A stretch of 64,000 nt of DNA from Carcharhinus amblyrhynchos (Eukaryota). The stretch spans positions 38,936,001-39,000,000 of the forward strand of contig OZ336885.1 in NCBI GenBank assembly GCA_965287045.1, read 5' to 3'. The notes beneath the pieces are model-generated. The model saw only the letters and a list, made by a program, of their open reading frames with translations, did no database searches and was not told the DNA's origin. The position numbers and the translations under genes were made by a program. Of this stretch, positions 1-11,244 are shown piece after piece; within the stretch, counting starts at the first letter, position 1, and the number at the start of each line of letters is the position of its first letter.

Positions 1-428
1 ACTCTTGTCTTGGAGTTACAAACTCCTGGGTTTAAGACCTATTCTGGGGCTTGAGCACAAAGACCAGATCTGACTCTGCAATGTAGCACTGAAAGGAGTG
101 CTGTACTGTCTCCAGATTAGATGTTAAACTGAAGCCCCATCTGCCCTCTCAGGTGGATGTAAAGGGTCCCATAGCACTCTTCTGAAGAGGAGCAGGAGAG
201 TTATCCCTGACACCCTTGCCAATATTTACCCTTCGGTCAACATTACTAAACATATCATCTGGTCATTATCACACTGCTGTTTGTGGAAGTCTCCTGTGTG
301 CAAATTGGCTGCTGCATTCCCCACATTACAACACAGTGACTATATGTAAACAGCGCTTCATTGTCTGTAAGATGACTTGAGACATCCAGTGGTCATGAAA
401 GATTACATAAAATGCAAGTCTTTCTTTA
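1..428 (+). mobile_element. Deu-domain SINE (SacSINE1/AmnSINE1-like), head cut by the window edge
   Basis: Deu-like core (gatgttaaactgaagcccc...cccatagcact...gaagaggagcaggagagtt) and L2-type tail (atgaaagattacataaaatgcaagtctttcttt). The 3' part recurs at 13.3 kb and 30.2 kb. Confidence 0.75.
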
Positions 429-494
429 GCACCATACTTGTACCCCAGTTCCACTGAATGATTCATGAACAAATTTTCTGTCAGTGTACATCTT

Positions 495-616
495 GGCTGA
501 AATTTTACCGTCACGTTGGGAATTGGAGCGGAGGAGGGGCATAACATGGAAAGGTCCGTTGATCTCAGGCAGGATTTTACATTTTTGGAATCAGCGAAGC
601 CATGAAATCCCATCCC
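495..616. mobile_element. ~120-bp MITE, Harbinger-like (copy 1 of 3)
   Basis: Core aaaggtccgttga(t/c)ctc..ggattt shared with 15713-15840 and 60143-60319; imperfect GG..AATTT/AAAT..CC ends. Confidence 0.6.
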
Positions 617-859
617 ACATCTCCAAAATATTTTCATATTTTACTGACCCTTCTTTCCTAAGTTTTAATTTGCTGCTTTCAAACTATTGACTTAAGCGAA
701 AAATGTAAATTCAAATCTTGTTCAGTTTCTACTGCTGAATATTGTAAACAAGAATGTGGGCTGCACCCCGGAACATTCGAAAATCCAATCTCAAAGTGCT
801 GTTATGATATAAAATTCAACAAGTTTCATTTCCTGTAATAAATTTAAGGCAATGTGTCA

Positions 860-1067
860 AAAACAAATTTTCCAGCCATTCATGCCAGCAGTATTTTTCA
901 GTCCTGCTAGCAGCATATCCCCGCCTGTGGATTTCCAGCCGGCCTGGGGTAATATCAATGGAAATTCCCATTGACAGCAGCCGGAGTAGAGAATCCTGCT
1001 GCTAGCAAATGATATACTACCTCCTGCCACGGGACACACGCAGCTGGGAGGCAGGAGAATCTCAGCC
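860..1067. mobile_element. Degenerate MITE (Harbinger-like termini)
   Basis: GC-richer island starting aattttcc and ending ggagaatctcagcc, like the TIRs at 40861 and 47255. Confidence 0.45.
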
Positions 1068-1699
1068 TTTATGTTGTTTGGTCAAATGTCATGGTATCCT
1101 TTGACAAAATCAAAAAGAGTTTTGTCTCCTTATTTTAAAATTAGACCTTACTGCAAAAGTGTAATAAAATTAATCTTTAATGTAGGTTGAACAGCTGTGG
1201 TGCTCCCACATCTTTTGAAAAGTTAAAATTAAACATAAAAGGCTGGATTTTGGAGGAGTTGGGAAAACTCCTTGAACATCTAATAATGGTGGTTGGACAC
1301 CCAGATGAGGAAGTCATGTCCCCATTTTTGACAGATACAATTTTTGCTAGTAGAGGAAAGAGGGTTGAGCATGATTCACATTGAAAGGACACCCAAACAG
1401 TGGGGCCATTTGTACTCAGTGCTCAGTTCAAATAGACCCCATTTTGTCTGTTGCAAGGGCCTTAAAAGTCATGAATTTACTGAGTAAATGTGAACATTCT
1501 TAATGGGCTGGTAAGGTCTGTTTAATTGTCATGATGTGAATTTTTTTCTTAATATCCCACTTTTTAAATGATTAAAGAAAACAGGGTTTGGTTAACAGTG
1601 ATTGTTTAAAACAAATTCTGCTGGTCTGCTTTGATTGACAGGCCACCAGATATAGCATCCATGCATGGATTTTATAGCCTGCCAAAACTCTATCCAAAG

Positions 1700-2106
1700 G
1701 GGATTGGGACCATCAGTGAGGGTGGAGTGGGGAGGGGGGCAGTGGCAGGGCCTGGGCACGCTTGAGGGGCCAGCGATCATGTCTTTTGGGGGGGGGGAGG
1801 ATTAGAGGGCCGTTGTTGAGGGGATTGCAGGGCTGGTCAGCGATCAAGCTGGCCAGCAATCAGGAGGCCGGCAAAAAGGGGCCACTGTGCACGCGCTAAC
1901 CTTGGTGCTGACAGATTGGCACATGCACAGTGGTCGGCTCAGTGTTATGCTCCTGGCCTCTTCCACGGGGATAACTCTGCCCCTGAATTTTTAATGGGTG
2001 TCACACTGGTGCATTTAGCAGCTCACAGAATGTGAGAGATCCTCTGAACTCCCACTGGAAAAAAACAGTGAATTCAAAACTAAGACTTATTTTGGGAAAA
2101 TAGCCT
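1700..2106 (-). mobile_element. Harbinger-like MITE fragment
   Basis: Ends ttttgggaaaatagcc (reverse complement of the left end at 40861/44063); shares the 21-mer agattggcacatgcacagtgg with the 40861 element. Confidence 0.6.
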
Positions 2107-2532
2107 ACATCTTTAAAATAAGATTAATTCTAAAATAAAAATGAATTCCATAAATATTCGATTATTTGTTAGGGCTAGTTTCACTTGTGTGCCAATGATT
2201 CTAACAAAATTAACTTGTCAGAAAATGTTTCAAGGCTGCACATTCCAACAATTACATTTTGAGTTTGTTAATAGCAAAGGGAAACAGACATTCTCCCATT
2301 TTCCAGGAAAAGGCATGTATCAACCTCCCCTTGCTTCCGTCTTCAGGTGAAAGGCCAGATTGAAGGCCAGCTGTTTTTCTATCGAATTGTGTTCTCCACT
2401 GAAAGAATTCTTGTGTTCCATGTTTTAGTACATACCAGGTAAATATGTAGCATTTGCATGAGAATATGACATTTCCCAATATAATTACCAATACAAAATG
2501 GCGACAACATGTGAAATATACTAACATTATCA

Positions 2533-2833
2533 CAGAATAGAATCATACAATCCCTACAGTATAGGAAGTTGACATTCAGCTCATCAAATCTGTACCGACC
2601 ACAATCCCACCCAGGCCCTATTCCTGTACTCCACACTTTTACCCTGCTAATTCCCCTGACACTAGGGTCAATTTAACATGATCAATCAGCCTAACCCCAC
2701 ATCTTTGGACTGTGGGAGGAAACCCACGCAGACACATGAAAACATGTAACCGCTGCAAAGGTAGTAATCTGCGTCTGGAATTGAACCTGGGCCCCTACCG
2801 CAGTGAGGTAGCAATGCTAACCACTGTGCCACC
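2533..2833 (-). mobile_element. HE1-like V-SINE
   Basis: tRNA-like head (rc ggtggcacagtggttagca...ggttcaattcc), V-domain (tcccacagtccaaaga), CR1-type tail. Confidence 0.85.
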
Positions 2834-2887
2834 ACTAGTACTACTTACGAATTTCTCATTGATTTTAAGATAACCTGAGATACTCTA

Positions 2888-3166
2888 AGAACATAAGAAC
2901 ATAAGAAATAGGAGCAGGAGTAGGCCAACTAGCCCTTCGAGCCTGCCCTGCCATTCAATAAGATCATGGCTGATCTGTCTTGGCTCAGCTCCACATTCCC
3001 GCCCTCTCCCCATAACCCTTAATCCCCTCGCTTATCAAAAACCCATCAACCCGCGTCTTAAAAATATTTAGCGAGGCAGCCTCCACCACTTCAACGGGCA
3101 GAGAATTCCAGAGATTCACCACCCTTTGAGTGAAGAAGTTCCTCCTCAACTCCGATCTAAACCACA
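2888..3166 (-). mobile_element. Young CR1 LINE 3' end, 5'-truncated
   Basis: ORF2 C-terminus FRSELRRNFFTQRVVNLWNSLP; (TCTTATGT)n tail; nearly identical to the copies at 17841 and 57964. Confidence 0.95.
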
Positions 3167-4965
3167 TTGCTTATTTCAAGTAATTATCATTGGATGAAAT
3201 GGTGGCTATCGGTAGGAAACTATTTAGGTGAAAACATTGATTTGGGGCACTAGGTGAAATATTACTAATGCACTTAACATCTAATATTTTTAGTAGCTGA
3301 AAAATCTCAGCTAGCTCAGTAGTGTTCACTATGAGGGCAATAAGGGACTATTTAAAGGTCAATAATTGAATTCTATATTGTGCCATAAAGTGTTGCAAGA
3401 TTGGCCAGTTGGATGGCTATAATTGGACTCTGATGTGCGGACAATTGGTAATATACAATAGCCTTCAACTTGTACCAGTATCTAGCAAATGACAATAAAA
3501 CTGACAATATTAAACATGGAAAATGATGATTTGAAATGTGTGTATGAAATGCTATGCCATTCGTTCAGAAATCTGATTACTTTGTGATATCATTAATAAA
3601 CAATGGATATACAAGTGTTTGTTTCCCCATTTTCTCCCTTATGATAGGCATTTGGGATGCACTGTTTAAAATGTTATTTTAATGAAAATAAAAACAGAAA
3701 ACCTGCTAGTATGTTTTTTAAAAAAATTGTTCCTCCCAAAATAGTCAACGATGGAGTAGGATTTCTGCACAGTGCATTTGAAAGCACATTTTCATGTGCT
3801 CTGATTAACCAAGTTGCCAAAATTTGTAATTTTTTTTGTAAAACTAGTAATTACAGATTACAGGATTAGTGTTAAATTCTAGTCTTCTTACATAGTGCGT
3901 AAATACTGTACCAAATTTACTTAATTACACCATCACAGAGTGGATGTTAAATCAAAGCAAAATATCTCTGCAAATAGCTCAGAAATTACAGGCTGTAGCA
4001 AGTGGCACAACTGGGATGGCAGATAAATACTGCTGATGGTATGCAGTATGACACGAGGAATACTCAGAAGGGTGTAACAGCGCAGTGTGATGGTGTAGGT
4101 GTCCTCTGCTTTTATGGAGGTTACAGACTAGACCTGTCATGTATTACTTATATTCACTGCAGAGAGATATAGATGCAGCTGCCCAAAAGGTGCTGTCACA
4201 TTAGGAATCTAATGGCCTTTTACTGCAAGCAGATCTCATACTAACAGTCAGAGTCCTGGGGGTGACATTTTAGCTGCTAAATTCTATTCGCTCACTTTAC
4301 ATGGGGATGTTGCTGATCCCCCTTTTGACCTATGAATAAATACAGCCATTTTACAAAATAGAACTTCCCTAACGTGACCATAGGGAATTGTACCATGGTG
4401 AAAATAAGAATTATACTTTATAGGCTTTATGGTATTTTACCATCTAAAGTCCTGTTCAGACAACAGTTCTGTTACTCTTAGATAACCCAATAAATGGTCA
4501 TTCAGATAAAACATTCTGACATTAGGGCATCTGTGGTGATAGTTATTCTGAGGTAACTATCCTTGAGAATTTCAGGTAGAACCAGTTTCTATGGTAACAT
4601 ATACATATTAGTTTTTCCAAGTTTCTCATAAAACTTATATTCAATTACGTGAACTATTTTACCAAGGTTCATCAATAAATCTGCTGTTTTCTTCCAATAT
4701 CCCGGAAAAATAATTACTCTCCAGGTTTCAGGCTCCATAAATAATAAAATCTAAGTACTCAACGAGATTCCCATTATGCCAATTCAGAATAGTTTAAGTG
4801 GCTGAGAATATCTTAGTGATGACATAATCTTTTAGGGATGCCATTTTGTGCATTATTCTGGTATATTAACCTCGTGTTGCAAGGTATATGATTTGGTTAC
4901 TCCCCACTTTGCTGCTCCGTTTCTAACAATGGTAGAAAGATATTTTATCTCACCCATGCAACTTT

Positions 4966-6350
4966 AAAAAAAAATTTCATGGGATGTGGGTGTCACTAGC
5001 CAACATTTGTTGCCCATCCCTAATTGAGTGACTTGCTAGGCCATTTAAAAGATAACCATACATTGCTAGGGGCCTGGAGTCACATAGAAACATAGAAAAA
5101 CTACAGCACAATACAGGCCCTTCAGCCCACAAAGTTGTGTCGAACATGTCCCTACCTCAGAGATTACTAGGTTTACCTATAACCCTCTAACTTACTAAGT
5201 TCCATGTACTTATCTAAAAGTCTCTTAAAAGGCCCTATCGAATCCACCTCCACCACCATTGCTGGCAGTCCATTCCATGCACCCACCGCTCTCTGAGTGA
5301 AAAACTTACCCCTGACATCTCCTCCCCAGCACCTTAAACCTGTGTCCTCTTGTGGCAACCATTTCAGCCTCGGGAAAAAGCCTCTGACTATCCACTCGAT
5401 CAATACCTCTCAACTCTGATACGCCCTCTATCAGGTCACCCCTCATCCTTCGTCTCTCCAAGGAGAAAAGGCCGAGCTCCCTCAACCTATTCATAAGGCA
5501 TGCTCCCCAATCCAGGCAACATCCTTGTAAGTCTCCTCTGCACCCTTTCCATGACTTCCACATCCTTCCTGTAATGAGGCAACCAGAATTGAACATAGTA
5601 CTCCAAGTGGGGTATGACCAGGGACCTATATAGCTGCAACATTATCTTTCGACTCCTAAACTCAATTCCTCGATAGATGAAGGCCAGTACACCGTACGCC
5701 TTCTTAACCACAGCTTCAACCTGCGCAGCTGCTTTGAGCATCCTATGAACTAGAACCCCAAGATCCTTCTGTTTTTCCACACTGCCAAGAGTCCTACCAT
5801 TAGTATTATATTCTGCCATCCTATTTGACCTGCCAAAATGAACCACTTCACACTTATCTGGGTTAAACGCCATCTGCCACTTCTCCGCCCAGTCTCGCAT
5901 CCTATCAATGTCACGCTGGAACTTCTGACATCCCTCCACACTATCCACAATGCCTCCAACCTTTGTGTCATCAGCAAACTTACCAGCCCATCCCTCCACT
6001 TCCTTATCCAGGTCACTTATAAAAATCACAAAGAGTAAGGGTCCCAGAACAGATCCCTGGGGCACTCCATTGGTGACTGACCTCCATGCAGACTATGACC
6101 CATTTATAACCACTCTTTGCCTTCTGTGGGCAAGCCAGTTCTGGATCTACAAAGCAATGTCCCCTTGGATCCCATGCCCCCTGACTTTCTCAATAAGCTT
6201 TGCTTATCATAGGCCAATAGTAGGCCAGATAAGAATATTTCCTTCCCTAAAGGATATAAATGAATCAACAGTGATTTCATGGTTATCACAAGACTTTTAA
6301 TTTCAGCTGCAGTAGGATTTGAATACAGAGCATTATCATAGATTTCTGGT
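4966..6350 (-). mobile_element. SlmI/SacSINE2-like tRNA SINE split in two (4966-5087 and 6208-6350) by a CR1 insertion
   Basis: Both halves match the intact copies at 31705-32065 and 63544-63909; CATAG is present at both junctions. Confidence 0.75.
5088..6203 (-). mobile_element. CR1 LINE, RT domain to 3' end
   Basis: ORF 5487-6065: PQGSVLGPLLF, KFADDTK, PHLEYYVQFW; a frameshift downstream; (CTATGTTT)n tail. Confidence 0.95.
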
Positions 6351-6682
6351 TAAGTGACAAAATAACTTTCCCTTTCCTGATGCCAGTTTGTTTCTGGTGC
6401 AAAAAGGGGATCTCACAGCCAATTACATTTAAGTATTCTCATTGACAATAAACCAGGAAGCTAAAACATTGACTCCCATAATTTTTAATTCTAATTTTTG
6501 CAGACGCCAAAGTAAATGATTGGAAAATACATAAGGGCTTGAGGTAAAATATAAATTATTATTCACAAAGTTTAAAAAACATGTGTGGCATAATGTTGCT
6601 CTTTCAGGACAAGGGAGGCTGTGTAGAAGTAATTACAAACTTATTTCATTGTTAAAAATGTAATTACATATTGTTGATATCT

Positions 6683-7020
6683 ATAGAATCCATAAAGTGC
6701 TGAAGGACACCATTTGATCCATTGAATCTGCACCGACTCTCCGAAAGAGCATCTTACCTAGACCCAAACTCCCACCCTATCCTGGTAACCATATGCATTT
6801 GCCATGGCTAATTCATATTACCTACACACCTTTGAATACTAAGAGGCCAATCCACTCAATCTACACATCTTTGGACTGTGGGAAGAAACTGGAGCATTCA
6901 GAGGAAACCAATGCAGACATAGGGACAACATGCAAACTCCACATAGGCAGTGACCCAAGTCCAGAATTGAACCCGGATCCCTGGTGCTGTAGGGCAGCAC
7001 TACTAACCCCTGTGCCACCC
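6683..7020 (-). mobile_element. HE1-like V-SINE
   Basis: Same head, V-domain and tail as the other copies. Confidence 0.85.
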
Positions 7021-7559
7021 TTATTCGACAGGATGCAATTTTCAAAGGTTTTTACTCAGAGACTATGGGAATTGATTGGGGGGATGGGGGGGTGGGGTGG
7101 GTGGTGGAATGCGTTTATTGGGCATGGGTGCATGTGCAAAGTTACATTCCCTAAAAGTTATATTTATGTTACCTTGCCCACTTGAGGTTTCACTGAGATG
7201 GATTTGCAGGTGAGAGGGGTACCAAGTTAGATAATTAAAATATTCAGATAGGTTGTGAACTGTGCGCTTTACCTAACCGTACTGACATTAACTGTCAGCA
7301 CATCTATTTCCTGAGCTGTAAGCAACATGCCAGGGTCAACCAGGAGAGAGCACAGAGGGAAGTGCATCTACATCAAACTGATCAGCTTTAGAAACCTTTC
7401 AACAATGAAACTGAAAAGCTCCAATGATGGCCAGGTGAGAGGCGGCAGCTCACAGGAATTTTCCTTAGACAGTGTATTCATTGTTGACAGATGATTCCCT
7501 GTGTCTTAGAAGTCAGTTCACTCACCTTCAGCTACATTTCTCTCTGTTAGCATTCACCA

Positions 7560-7885
7560 CAGCGTGGCAGCAACCTATGCAGCCCTCCCTTGTCCCTCTG
7601 ATGAGGATCAATATAACCACAACACCAAAATAAAACCACAGCAGTACTAGCCTCCTTCTGCTTAGCCACATTCCACCTCATAGGACAGAGGGTGTGGTCA
7701 CCGAAATGCGAATTCAAGGTTCTGAAACCCCCAACACAGTGTTTAAAGGCTGAGCATCAGTCCTCTCTAAATGCCTGAGCATTAGTGCTTCACAGCAGCT
7801 CACTGCTGGCATCTGCAGCCTTCTAGAACAAGACCTCATTCTAAATGGACCAGGCTTGCATTGTCAGTGGCTGAGAAGGTGCCTG
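7560..7885 (+). pseudogene. Decayed PIF/Harbinger (HARBI1-like) transposase N-terminus
   Basis: Frameshifted translation PQHSV*RLSIS..MPEH*C / ICSLLEQDLILNGPG..LSVAEKV resembles the start of vertebrate Harbinger transposases. Confidence 0.55.
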
Positions 7886-8109
7886 AGGGGGTAACCCCTC
7901 TATCCTCAACCCTCCCAGTTTGAGGCTCTGCCTGTCTCTGAAATATTGTGCTGTCTTCTACAAGAAGGGAGAGCAGTAAGGTATCAGAAATGGCTGGTGT
8001 GGAATGGAGGGACGAACAACATTTGTGGAGTGTGAATAGGAGGCTTCACCCTAGAGAGGAGTAGGATGAAGGTTAGTATGAGCAATGCCTGACCAGATGG
8101 GGACGTGAG

Positions 8110-8857
8110 TGGAGCTGAGAAATTGATTTTCCCAGAAAGCTGGGAAAATCGGGGCCATATTGAATAAAAGTGGTGGTGTCTTGTCTGCTGGAGAGCTGGC
8201 AAAAGCTCCACATCATCTTGTTTAGGGAAGGCCCACTGAATTAGGTGCCACTTGGGCATTTAATGGAAAAGTGGCTGGCCTTCCCTCAGATGAGGATCCG
8301 AGAGGTGGAAGTCCAACTGTCCCAGAGCTGCTGGTCAAATATAGGTCGGCAGCTCAGCTAATGCCAGCGCCATGGGAGAGGTGGTGGCTGCAGCCAGTAC
8401 TACACGCATCTGAGGCCCAGGGTCAAAACTGGATCACAGACTGTAATCTGTGATCTGTATAATCTGAGTGATGGTAAGTATGAGGGTCAGAGTGGGAATT
8501 GCAGTAGGAATTGCAGAGAGGAGAGGCTTTGACAGCAAGAGCAGTGGATGGATCTCAGTATCTCCCTCCCTTCCTGAAGCCAAGTTCTTCAATCAGGCAC
8601 TAAGTACCTTTGAAAGAGGGATCTCCATGGGAGCCCAGAATTTGTTTGTTGTGCTCCCTGTATGACAAGTGTCTCTGCCTGCTGATGATTTAACACCAAT
8701 TGGCAGTGAGGTGATAAAGCCATCCATGGGCCTTCCCACATATACTTAGTCAGGGTGGAGGTGAGAAGGTGGCAAAACCCCTACCTGGCACTCTCTCACC
8801 TGATTAAATGGCCCCTGCCACAAAATTCACCATGAGTGCGGGTAATAAATTCTGGCC
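8110..8857. mobile_element. Degenerate Harbinger-like non-autonomous element
   Basis: Ends taaattctggcc (compare ggccagaattt at 15714 and 62027); GC-richer interior. Confidence 0.45.
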
Positions 8858-9419
8858 AGATTGCGGAACTTGGCACCTGAAAGTGTTACACGACTCACAT
8901 TTCTTGCCCTCCTGAGGCACTGACTCCAAGTTGGAGGGACCATGCTCCTGCTGCTGAACTTTTTTTGGCCTCTTTCATGCATGCCTGCTTGGTGGGGGAA
9001 GCTGTGGGAAATTCCTCCCATCTTTAAGAAACATCTGTTCCACTTCAGTCCCTCAGATCCTGCAGCAGAGCCTCCAGGTCAGAGTGAGAGTGCAAGACCA
9101 TATTAATGGGGTGTGGGGCATGATGCTGGACATACTTGCTTGGTTTCCTCTTCTTTCTTGAGGCTACTGCAGCCTTGGGACCCAACTGAGCCACTGCCTT
9201 CTCAGACTGACCGGGGAATCAGGAAATAGGAAGCTAATGTCATTCCTACATTAAAGAGCCATGGCAAAGCAGGTTCTGGATGTCTATTGACCCACTGCAA
9301 CTGGGATTGTCAGATAAAATTCTTCCTCAAGAATGTAAGAATGAAAGTTCTGGCCAGTTCAATGATTTCCAGTTGATTGCAGTCTGATTTACAATGCTAT
9401 GGTCTAATCAGAAAAATTT

Positions 9420-9678
9420 ATTGATGAAGAAAGATTGGATGAGCTAGGTTTTGTTTCTTTGGAACAGAGGAAGTTGAGTGAAGACTTAACTGAAGTTAAG
9501 ACAGAGTGTACAGGAATGCCCTTCACCTCTTGTTTGAGGAGGGCATTGCCAGGGGATATAGGTTTAGAGTAAGAGGTTCAGGGGGGATTTGAGGGGAAAT
9601 GTTTTTCACCTTGAGGGCAGTGGGGATCTGGATCTCTCTGCCTGAAAGGATAGTAAACAGCATTAAAAATTACTTGGA
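9420..9678 (+). mobile_element. Old CR1 3' fragment
   Basis: Decayed ERLDELGFVSLEQRKL...FFTLRAVGIWISLPE. Confidence 0.8.
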
Positions 9679-10030
9679 TCATAGAATTCCCACAGTGCAG
9701 AAGGAGGTCTTTGGCTCATCGATTCTGCACCAACTCTCTGACAGAGAATCTTCCCCAGACCCACCGCCCCACTCTACTCCTGTAAACCCATGCATTTACG
9801 TGACTAATCAATCTAACCTACACATCTTGGGAAACTAAGGGGCACTTTACCATGGCCAATCCATCAAACCTGCGCATCTTTGGACTGTGGGAGGAAGCTG
9901 GAGCACCCGGAGGAAACCCACGCAGACCCACGGGAGAATGTGCAAATTCCACACAGTCAGTCCTCCAAGGGTGGAATGAAACTTGGGTCCCTGGGGCTAT
10001 GGAGGCAGCAGTGCTAACCACTGTGGCACC
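9679..10030 (-). mobile_element. HE1-like V-SINE (CR1-type tail)
   Basis: Head, V-domain, and a tail ending rc gggaattctatg. Confidence 0.85.
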
Positions 10031-10032
10031 AC

Positions 10033-10315
10033 TTTTTTTTTATTTATTAGTGTCACAAATAGGTTGACAATAATGCTGCAAGGATGTTACTGTGAAAAGC
10101 CCTTGTAGCCACACTCCGGTGTTTGAGCGAGAATTTAGCATGGCCAATGCACCTAACCAGCACGTTTTTCAGGCTCTGGGGGGGGAAACCGAAGCATGTG
10201 GAGGAGACTCATGCAGACAAGGGGAGAACATATAGATTCCGCACAGAGAGTGACCCAAACTGGGAACTGAACCCAGATCACAGTGAGGCAGCAGAGCTAA
10301 CGACTGTGCCACCAT
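10033..10315 (-). mobile_element. HE1-headed V-SINE with alternative 3' tail
   Basis: HE1 head and V-domain, but tail rc cttttcacagtaacatcc...ttgtgacactaataaataaaa; same type as 60417-60707. Confidence 0.8.
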
Positions 10316-11244
10316 ACCTGACGTGCTATAACCTACAAAGCTACAGACTAAGAGCTTGTTAGGTTTCTCATTGAGAAACCATAAAAGAAAGTAACCAGAT
10401 TTCTTTCATGACCTTTGACGTTTCCAGCAAGATTCCACTTTCTTGTGTGTTCCTCTTTTGGTCACTGTTCACTTTCCCTTTGTGCCTTCACCCTCTGGTT
10501 CCAATGCTTGTAGCCTCTTCCCCAGTGGTGTTCTTATCTTAGCTTCCTTTCTATTGGCACTATTTCCAGCTCATGGGTCACCAGGTCACATGGACCAGAA
10601 TTTCTTAATATCAACAAAAATTGCGATTTACGAATGATGAAAATTCCTAACAATCCTTTGCAAACATTCTTAAAAACAATGACAGATTCCACAGATTATG
10701 TTGAAGAAGTTACAAATTTTCCTGATTTACTGCCTCTGGCTCACAGGTTATCAAAACTAGAAAATGGGATTAGTCCGGATGATTGCTTGTCAACCAGCAT
10801 GGACACAATGGGCCAAATGGCCTCCTTCCATGACATACATTTCTATGATTCTTTAGCAGGAACATAATAATCTTCCCTCTAGGGAAATGTGAAATGATTG
10901 ACAGCAACTTCTCTATTTCCACTTTTAACTGTGCAACTGCACATGCCAGAAGCTGTTGTCACTTTCACAAAGTAATGAAGAAAATGCTAATAGTTTTACC
11001 ATCATTACTACTACAAAAACTGGATCATTATCATCTATTATTGTGCTTCTGTGTCCAGGGAGTGACTGGGGACATTTGAGAGTAGTTGGTTCTCTTGCAT
11101 TTCCCAGTGATTTAATCAAGCACAACAGATAGAAACTCTTAAGCTACATAGATAGGCATTTGTTTATCGCACATTATTAGATTCTTTTCACTGACTAATT
11201 AAAAATTGGCAAAATATTTAGCCACACTATGACTTGAGGAAACA

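Noticed and set aside
1187-1384. 65-aa ORF after an acceptor-like AG
   Set aside because: No recognisable domain, no convincing donor and a non-ATG start; compatible with chance
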